DNA from: Clostridiales bacterium
GTDB taxonomy: Bacteria; Bacillota; Clostridia; Oscillospirales; Oscillospiraceae
Assembly (NCBI GenBank): GCA_018374635.1
Contig: JAHAEW010000004.1
Span: 11,007-75,006 of the forward strand
Direction of reading: 5' to 3'
DNA: 64,000 bases
Below are positions 58,182-64,000 of this stretch, one piece after another. Each line of letters opens with the position of its first letter. Position 1 is the stretch's first letter. A program made the position numbers and the translations under genes. The notes beneath the pieces are model-generated. The model did no database searches. It saw only the letters and a program-made list of their open reading frames with translations, and was not told where the DNA came from.

Positions 58182-58231
58182 GTTTAGTTTTTGAAATTTT
58201 CTAACCAGTTTTCTCTCCCGGCGGCCTGTCC

Positions 58232-59314
58232 TCACTCCTCCTCCGGTCTCACCCGCGGATAGAATGCCGCCGCTGCGCCCAGCGCGCACAGTCCGCCCAG
58301 CAGCTTGGACACTACAAAGGCCGCCACCACCTGCCCCGGCTCCACGCTGGCGATAAAGGCCATCTGTCCTCCCAGGGCAAAGGCGCCCGACACGGAAAAG
58401 GCGGCGTTCATGGCCTTTCCTCTTGGGTCCATCTGACTAAACAGGGGAAGCATGGAGAGGCTGGTAGCCGGACTCAAAATCAGTCCCACCGCCGCGGCTT
58501 CATTCACCCCCATCCAGCCCGCAAGGACCCGGATGGGGCCCTGGCACCAGGCCAGGATCAGCCGCGAGAGCACCATGGCGCCGCAGACCACAGCGGTGAT
58601 CTTCAGCACCACCACAAGGGCCTCCTCCGCCAGCCCCGGCCCGGAGAGGCTCCACGCCGGAAGAAAAAGCCCCAGCACCACCAGTGCGAAGAGCACAAAG
58701 CTCAATGCGCGTATCCCGTTCCCCAGCAGGAGAAGGACCCGGGTCGTGGGGCCCGTGGCCTTCCACAGGGCCAGGCAGAGCCCCGCGCAGACCAGCAGAA
58801 TCGGGGCGCAGGCCCTGGCCAGCTCCCCCCATCCCACGCCAAGCAGAATGCCTCCGCTCAGAAGAGCCGCGGGGAGAGTCACGATCCCCAGCACCAGCCC
58901 CCGCATCATGGCTCCCACCTCTTCCCGCCCGATCCCGGCCAGAGAGAGGGGCAGCACAAAGCTCAGGGCGCAGCCCAGCGTGGAGGATACGATCACTCCG
59001 GCAAACCGTCCCACCGCCGGATTCCCCGCCATTTCCCGGGCAATGGACCACCCGCCCAGGTCAGGGGCCAGAAGACAGCCCACCAGCACACAGGGATCAA
59101 AGGGGAGTACTCCGGCCAGGGCCGCCACTGCCTGGGTATTGCTCCGCACCGCGGTGATGCCCAGGCAGTATAATCCCACCAGAGAGATGGCCAGCCTGCC
59201 CATGGAATCCACGCCCCGTCCAAAGGGCTCCGCCAGCCCCATCCGTCCTCCCAGCAGCTGATCCAACAGTCCAAGTGCCGCCAGAATCAGCAGAAACGCA
59301 ATCAATCCATTCAT
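58232..59314 (-). CDS. eutH: EutH-family permease (ethanolamine utilisation protein EutH-like)
   Basis: 360 aa, about 10 TM. The N-terminal LLGGRMGLAEPFGRGVDSMG resembles the EutH GG..(K/R).G motif. Confidence 0.6.
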   Translation of the reverse strand: MNGLIAFLLILAALGLLDQLLGGRMGLAEPFGRGVDSMGRLAISLVGLYCLGITAVRSNTQAVAALAGVLPFDPCVLVGCLLAPDLGGWSIAREMAGNPAVGRFAGVIVSSTLGCALSFVLPLSLAGIGREEVGAMMRGLVLGIVTLPAALLSGGILLGVGWGELARACAPILLVCAGLCLALWKATGPTTRVLLLLGNGIRALSFVLFALVVLGLFLPAWSLSGPGLAEEALVVVLKITAVVCGAMVLSRLILAWCQGPIRVLAGWMGVNEAAAVGLILSPATSLSMLPLFSQMDPRGKAMNAAFSVSGAFALGGQMAFIASVEPGQVVAAFVVSKLLGGLCALGAAAAFYPRVRPEEE

Positions 59315-59389
59315 CTTCTCTCATCCCACCATAAAAAAAGGGCGCCCCGCACATGTACCGGGGGCGTCCCTTCATCCACAAATATCTTC

Positions 59390-60025
59390 TTACTTGGTGC
59401 CGAAAATACGGTCGCCCGCATCGCCCAGGCCGGGCACGATGTAGCCGTGGTCGTTGAGCTTCTCATCCACCGCGGCCACATAGATCTCCACGTCGGGATG
59501 ATCCTTGTGGACCCGTTCAATTCCCTCGGGCGCAGCGATGATGTTCATCAGCTTGATGTGCTTGACATCATAGTTCTTGATAAACTGGATGGCCGCAGAG
59601 GCGGAGCCGCCGGTGGCCAGCATGGGATCGAGGATGATGATGTCCCGCTCGGCAATGTCGTTGGGCATCTTGCAGTAATACTCTACGGGCTCCAGGGTAT
59701 CAGGGTCCCGGTACAGGCCGATATGGCCCACCTTGGCGGCGGGAAGCAGCTCCAGAATGCCGTCCACCATGCCCAGACCGGCCCGCAGCACGGGAACGAT
59801 GGCCAGCTTCTTGCCCGCCAGGGTCTTGAACTTGGCGGTGGTGATGGGGGTCTTGATCTCGACCTCCTCCAGCGGCAGGTCGCGGGTGGCCTCATAGCAC
59901 ATAAGGGTGGCGATCTCGGAAACGACCTCCCGGAACTCCTTGGAGCCGGTGCGCTCATCCCGCAGGATGGCGAGCTTGTGCTGCAGCAGCGGGTGGTCCA
60001 GAATGTGTACCTTTTCCATGTCCAT
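59390..60025 (-). CDS. upp: Uracil phosphoribosyltransferase
   Basis: [19 protein letters not shown]...[12 protein letters not shown] is the PRPP-binding motif. Confidence 0.95.
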   Translation of the reverse strand: MDMEKVHILDHPLLQHKLAILRDERTGSKEFREVVSEIATLMCYEATRDLPLEEVEIKTPITTAKFKTLAGKKLAIVPVLRAGLGMVDGILELLPAAKVGHIGLYRDPDTLEPVEYYCKMPNDIAERDIIILDPMLATGGSASAAIQFIKNYDVKHIKLMNIIAAPEGIERVHKDHPDVEIYVAAVDEKLNDHGYIVPGLGDAGDRIFGTK

Positions 60026-60039
60026 GGTATCTTCCCCTT

Positions 60040-60765
60040 TTATCTTGTTTTCTCAGCGGTTTCCTCCGCCCGGAGCTTTTCCAACCGCTCCCGTTCCGCC
60101 TGTGAGAGGCGGTGGTAAACAGGGACCAGGCCCTGCGCGTCGGTCAGCGCCCCGGTTCGGGCCTGCTCCAGCGCGGCCCGGGCCACGCCCCAGGCGCTCT
60201 GATAGCGCAGATGGGGCGGCGCCAAACGGACATCCAGCCCCTGTTCCTTGAACGTAGTATAACATAAAAGCGCGCCGTCTCCAACCAGAATTTGCGGATT
60301 TTCCCTGTTTTTTAGCTCGGCGGCCAGTTCAGGCAGGCCGATGGCCCGGTCCGGGGTGAGGCGCTCCAATCCCTCTCCCGTCCCCCGGAAACAGGCGTTA
60401 TAGACCTGGCTGCGCCGGGCGTCCATCACCGCACAGATCTCCCCGCCGGTGTGGGCCGCCGTCCAGGCCATGGCCTCCAGTGTGGAGACCCCCGCACAGG
60501 GCTTTTCCGCCGGCCAGGCCAGACCCTTGGCCGCCGCTACGCCGATCCGCAGCCCGGTAAAGGAACCCGGACCGGCCGCCACCGCGATGAGATCCACCTC
60601 CTCCAGCGCGGCCCCGCAGCTGTCCAGCAGATGCTCCAGCATGGGCATCAGCGTGCGGCTGTGGGTCAGGCCGTTGTTCTGGAAGGACTGGGCGATCAGT
60701 TTCTCCTCCTCGCACAGCGCCACGGAACAGGCCGTGGCCGAGGATTCCAGTGCCAAAATCTTCAT
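60040..60765 (-). CDS. tsaB: tRNA threonylcarbamoyladenosine biosynthesis protein TsaB
   Basis: [17 protein letters not shown]...[16 protein letters not shown], YeaZ family. C-terminal acidic tail. Confidence 0.85.
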   Translation of the reverse strand: MKILALESSATACSVALCEEEKLIAQSFQNNGLTHSRTLMPMLEHLLDSCGAALEEVDLIAVAAGPGSFTGLRIGVAAAKGLAWPAEKPCAGVSTLEAMAWTAAHTGGEICAVMDARRSQVYNACFRGTGEGLERLTPDRAIGLPELAAELKNRENPQILVGDGALLCYTTFKEQGLDVRLAPPHLRYQSAWGVARAALEQARTGALTDAQGLVPVYHRLSQAERERLEKLRAEETAEKTR

Positions 60766-61211
60766 ACGCTTCCCTCCTCAGCCGTCAGGTCGGGCGCTCC
60801 GGTGATGGTGAGGAGGCGCTGGTCCTCTCCCGCGCCCCGGCGGATATCCACCCGGATACAGCCCGCTTCCAGGGCCCGCTCCACATTCTCGCTCCACTCT
60901 ACGGCGCACACGCCGCCCCGGGCCAGATAGTCCTCCCAGCCGATGTCAAAGAGCTCCTCCTCGGAGCCAAGGCGGTACATATCAAAGTGAAACAGCGGCA
61001 GACGGCCGCCCTCATATTCGTTGACGATGGTAAAGGTGGGACTGGTCACCCGCTCTTCAATCCCCAGCCCCCGGGCAAGCCCCCGGGTAAACGCGGTCTT
61101 GCCCGCCCCAAGATCTCCGGAAAAGGCCACCACTGACCCAGGCGCCAGCACCCGCGCCAGGGCCTCCCCCAATGCCTCGGTATCGTCCACGCAGTCGGAA
61201 ATATATTCCAT
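60762..61211 (-). CDS. tsaE: tRNA threonylcarbamoyladenosine biosynthesis ATPase TsaE
   Basis: [19 protein letters not shown]...[10 protein letters not shown]...HFDMYRL. The start is at MEYIS with RBS GAAGGAG. The upstream TTG would add 6 aa. Confidence 0.85.
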   Translation of the reverse strand: MEYISDCVDDTEALGEALARVLAPGSVVAFSGDLGAGKTAFTRGLARGLGIEERVTSPTFTIVNEYEGGRLPLFHFDMYRLGSEEELFDIGWEDYLARGGVCAVEWSENVERALEAGCIRVDIRRGAGEDQRLLTITGAPDLTAEEGSV

Positions 61212-61327
61212 GGATTCACGCTCCTTCAAACCGGAGATATTATAACATAAGTTTAAAGAAAGCGCAAAATGGTTTACGTCTCTCCAAAAAGGTGATATGA
61301 TAAGAGCCGTTCACCGGAGCTTTCCCA

Positions 61328-62581
61328 GTGGAAGCTCCCCGGATTTCTGACTGGTCTGATTTGGAAAGGAGGCCGTTTTCTCTGTCCTGGCTTACCGACT
61401 CCCTCAAAGAATTTTTCCGCAAGGGGGATCTTGTGCTGCTCTCCCTCTGTCTGGCCGCCAGCGGCTTTGGACTGGTGCTCATTTACAGCGCCTCCCGCTA
61501 TACGGAAAGCACCCGCTTCATGCCGGTCCAGTCCATTGCCATCGTGCTGGGCGTACTGGTCTATATTGTGATGTCCTCGGTGGATGTGGAGCTTTTTACG
61601 GAAAAGTCCTGGAAGTTCCTGCTGGCCTTCAACATCGGCTTTGTGCTCCTCACCCGCACGCCCATCGGCGTGGACCACGGCACGGGCAACCGCAGCTGGC
61701 TCTCCATCCCCGGCATCCCCTTTGAACTCCAGCCCGCGGAGATCGTCAAACTCACCTTTATCCTGCTTCTGGCCTGGCAGTGCAGCCGCATCCAGAGCCG
61801 GGGGCATGACATCAGCTCCATTCCCTCGGTCATGCAGATCACAGGCCATACCCTGATGATGTTCGGCCTGATCGCGGTGGCCTCGGGCGACTTCGGCATG
61901 GGTCTCACCTATCTGTTCATCTTTGTGGTCATGGCCTGGGTATCGGGCGTTAAAAAACGCTGGTTCGTCCTGGCTATCCTGCTCTTTGCCGCCATGGTGG
62001 TGATGGTCGTTCTGTTCTGGGACAAATTCAGCGGCATCTATTTCTTCCGGCGGATCAAGGTCGTCATCGACCACATCACCGGCAACCCGGACACCCTCTA
62101 TGACCAGACCATGGATACCGGGTGGCAGCAGACCAAGAGCATCACCGCCATCGGAAGCGGGCAGCTCACCGGCATGGGCTACCTCAACGGCAATCTGACC
62201 CAGAGCGCCTATGCCACCAGCCTGCCCGCCCGGTACAACGATGAGATCTTCGCCGTCTGCGGAGAAGAGTTCGGCTTTGTCGGCTGTGTGCTCCTTCTCC
62301 TCCTGATGGCCTCCATCATTCTGCGCTGCATCTGGGTGGCCCGGCGGGCCTGTTCTCCCCAGTCGGCCTACCTGGTGATGGGGTACGCCGGAATGCTTCT
62401 GGCTCAGGTGGGCGTCAACATCGCCATGTGCCTGTATATCTTCCCGGTAGTGGGCCTGACCCTCCCCTTCGTGAGCTATGGAGGCTCCTCCATCATCACC
62501 ATGTTTGCCGCAATGGGCATCGTGTCCAGCGTGAAGATGCGCTCTCTCCCCAGCTGGCTGCGGGACCGGAGTAAATTATAG
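61328..62581 (+). CDS. SEDS-family peptidoglycan glycosyltransferase (FtsW/RodA/SpoVE)
   Basis: 417 aa, about 10 TM. QQTKSITAIGSGQLTGMGYLNG...IFAVCGEEFGFVG are SEDS motifs. Confidence 0.85.
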   Translation: MEAPRISDWSDLERRPFSLSWLTDSLKEFFRKGDLVLLSLCLAASGFGLVLIYSASRYTESTRFMPVQSIAIVLGVLVYIVMSSVDVELFTEKSWKFLLAFNIGFVLLTRTPIGVDHGTGNRSWLSIPGIPFELQPAEIVKLTFILLLAWQCSRIQSRGHDISSIPSVMQITGHTLMMFGLIAVASGDFGMGLTYLFIFVVMAWVSGVKKRWFVLAILLFAAMVVMVVLFWDKFSGIYFFRRIKVVIDHITGNPDTLYDQTMDTGWQQTKSITAIGSGQLTGMGYLNGNLTQSAYATSLPARYNDEIFAVCGEEFGFVGCVLLLLLMASIILRCIWVARRACSPQSAYLVMGYAGMLLAQVGVNIAMCLYIFPVVGLTLPFVSYGGSSIITMFAAMGIVSSVKMRSLPSWLRDRSKL

Positions 62582-62657
62582 CAAAAGCCGCATAACCTCC
62601 TTGTTTTGGGAAAGACTGTGGGTGATCCCATTTTTCCAAACAAGGAGGTTTTTTCTT

Positions 62658-63994
62658 TGAAGCATTCCGCACTGACCCGCCGCCTGGTATCGCTGGGCGC
62701 ACTGTGCGCCCTCACCCTGACCTTCTCTCTCCCAGCCTCCGCCTTTCTGTTCTGGGGCAGGGAAGAGACGTCGGCCGGAGAGGCCACCGTGACCGCCTTC
62801 GCGAAAAACGGCCTGCCCGGGGAGTCCATCTCCTTCTCTGCCGACGATTTCCGGGTGGATGCCGACGGAGATGTGACCCTGGACGCCGTGGTCATCTCCT
62901 CCCTCCCCGACGCCGCAGCCGGCGTGCTCACACTGGCCGGTATCCCGCTGAATGTGGGAGATTCCGTATCCATGGACGCAGTCGACGGACTGCGCTTTCT
63001 TGCCTCCAGCCAGCCAACCGCCGCCACGTCTCAGTTTACCTTTGCGCCGGTATTCTCCAACGGTGTGTCCGGCCGGGAGGTGGAGGTGGGGCTCTATCTC
63101 CTCTCCGCCGAGAACAACGCCCCGGTGGCCCAGCACCTGGAGCTCTCCACCTATAAAAACACCGTACTCACCGCGCCTTTCCCGGCCACCGATCCCGAGG
63201 GGGATCTGCTCTCCTACCAGCTGGTCAGCAAACCGGCCCGGGGCTCGGTGACTATGCCCGCCGAGGGGGAAAATACCTTCACCTACACGCCCTATGAGGG
63301 CAAGACCGGAAAAGACGCCTTCACCTATGTGGCTGTGGACTCGGTGGGCAATACCTCCACTCCGGCCAAGGTGACCATCACCATCAAAAAGCCAGACACC
63401 AAGGTCACCTATGCGGATATGGACGGCCATGCCGCCGCCAACGCCGCCATCCGTCTGGCCGAAGAGGGCATCTTTGTGGGGGAGTGTATGGGGGACTCCT
63501 ACTTCTTCCAGCCGGATCTGCCCGTGACCCGCAGTCAGTTCGTGGCCATGGTGATGGACGCCACCGGGCTGGAAGCGCTGGAGGATGTGAGCCGCACCGG
63601 CTTTGCCGACGACACCTCCATCCCCCAGTGGGCCAAACCCTATGTGGCCTCCGCCCTCAAGGCGGGACTGGTCCAGGGAACGCAGAACGCCGACGGACAA
63701 GTGGTATTCCAGCCGCAGGCACCGGTGACCCGGGCCGAGGCCAGCGTACTGCTCAACCGGGTGCTCCAGGTCACCGACGTGGCACAGCCCACCTTCGGAT
63801 TGGATCTGACCGGCGCGCCCGCCTGGGCGGTCCAGTCCGCAGCTAACCTGGAGAGCTGCGGCGTCCTTCAGGCCGAGTCCAACGGCACGCTGACCCTCTC
63901 CAATACTCTGACCCGGGCGGAGGCCGCTCAGCTTCTGGTGGGTGCGCTCAACGTACTGGAAAGCCGGGAAACCGGAAGTTTCTTCCCCTGGTAA
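62658..63994 (+). CDS. Cell-surface protein with signal peptide, Ig/cadherin-like repeats and C-terminal SLH domains
   Basis: TTG start after AAGGAGG (LKHSALTRRLVSLGALCALTLTFSLPASA is a signal peptide). Mid-region Ig-like repeats. C-terminal TYADMDGHAAANAAIRLAEEGIFVG / FADDTSIPQWAKPYVASALKAGLVQG are SLH-like modules. Confidence 0.65.
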
Positions 63995-64000
63995 TATGTA

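Noticed and set aside
58056-58231. ZTP (pfl) or THF riboswitch ahead of fhs
   Set aside because: The leader after the predicted promoter is only about 75 nt, and it lacks the GGGUCGUGAC...CCGCCUGGGCA pfl-motif halves. It is too short for the bipartite ZTP fold.
1-64000. CRISPR arrays, IS elements, integrases, phage or defense-island genes
   Set aside because: No direct-repeat/spacer periodicity, no transposase or integrase-like ORFs, and no inverted terminal repeats were seen. Essentially every interval is accounted for by housekeeping or metabolic genes.

Overview
This 64 kb window is high-GC (about 62-65%), and nearly every gene is on the minus strand, which suggests a leading-strand chromosomal segment of a Clostridia-type Firmicute (Oscillospiraceae or Ruminococcaceae-like gut anaerobe). 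I inferred this from gene content and composition, not from a search. Contents from left to right:

- (1) A small sugar-utilisation cluster: partial N-acylglucosamine 2-epimerase (AGE) family gene, an ASKHA/ROK-like sugar kinase with an unusual N-terminal extension, and a DUF624 membrane protein.
- (2) A run of about 25 co-directional genes for anaerobic cobalamin biosynthesis plus tetrapyrrole precursor synthesis: cbiD-F-G-H-J-ET-A, cobT, cbiB, cobD, cobQ, cbiC, cbiK | cbiMNQO | cbiL, hemA, sirC, hemC, cobA/hemD, hemB, hemL. Two cobalamin riboswitches control it, one at the head of the operon and one internal, in front of the cobalt transporter cbiMNQO.
- (3) An OmpR-family two-component system with a large, multi-pass sensor kinase.
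- (4) The conserved rpmG-secE-nusG-rplK-rplA | rplJ-rplL ribosomal cluster, which ends in a terminator without rpoBC.
- (5) Housekeeping genes: ruvX, an ABM monooxygenase, a split TauE/SafE exporter, tcdA, a parvulin-type PPIase, alaX, an aconitase-family hydro-lyase, and a cell-wall amidase with a (TP)n linker.
- (6) A kdp potassium-uptake locus, kdpF-A-B-C-kdpD-kdpE, carrying three oddities: a second full-length KdpD paralog upstream, a compositionally foreign 292-aa Cys-rich gene between kdpC and kdpD, and a 32-aa hydrophobic ORF translationally coupled in front of kdpF.
- (7) fhs, eutH-like permease, upp, tsaB, tsaE, a SEDS (FtsW/RodA) protein and an SLH-domain surface protein.

I found no CRISPR array, rRNA, tRNA or recognisable mobile element. 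The most unusual candidates are the kdp-locus architecture and the small-ORF and leader elements. They are modest variations on known themes, not a clearly new multi-gene system, and I flag them honestly as such.
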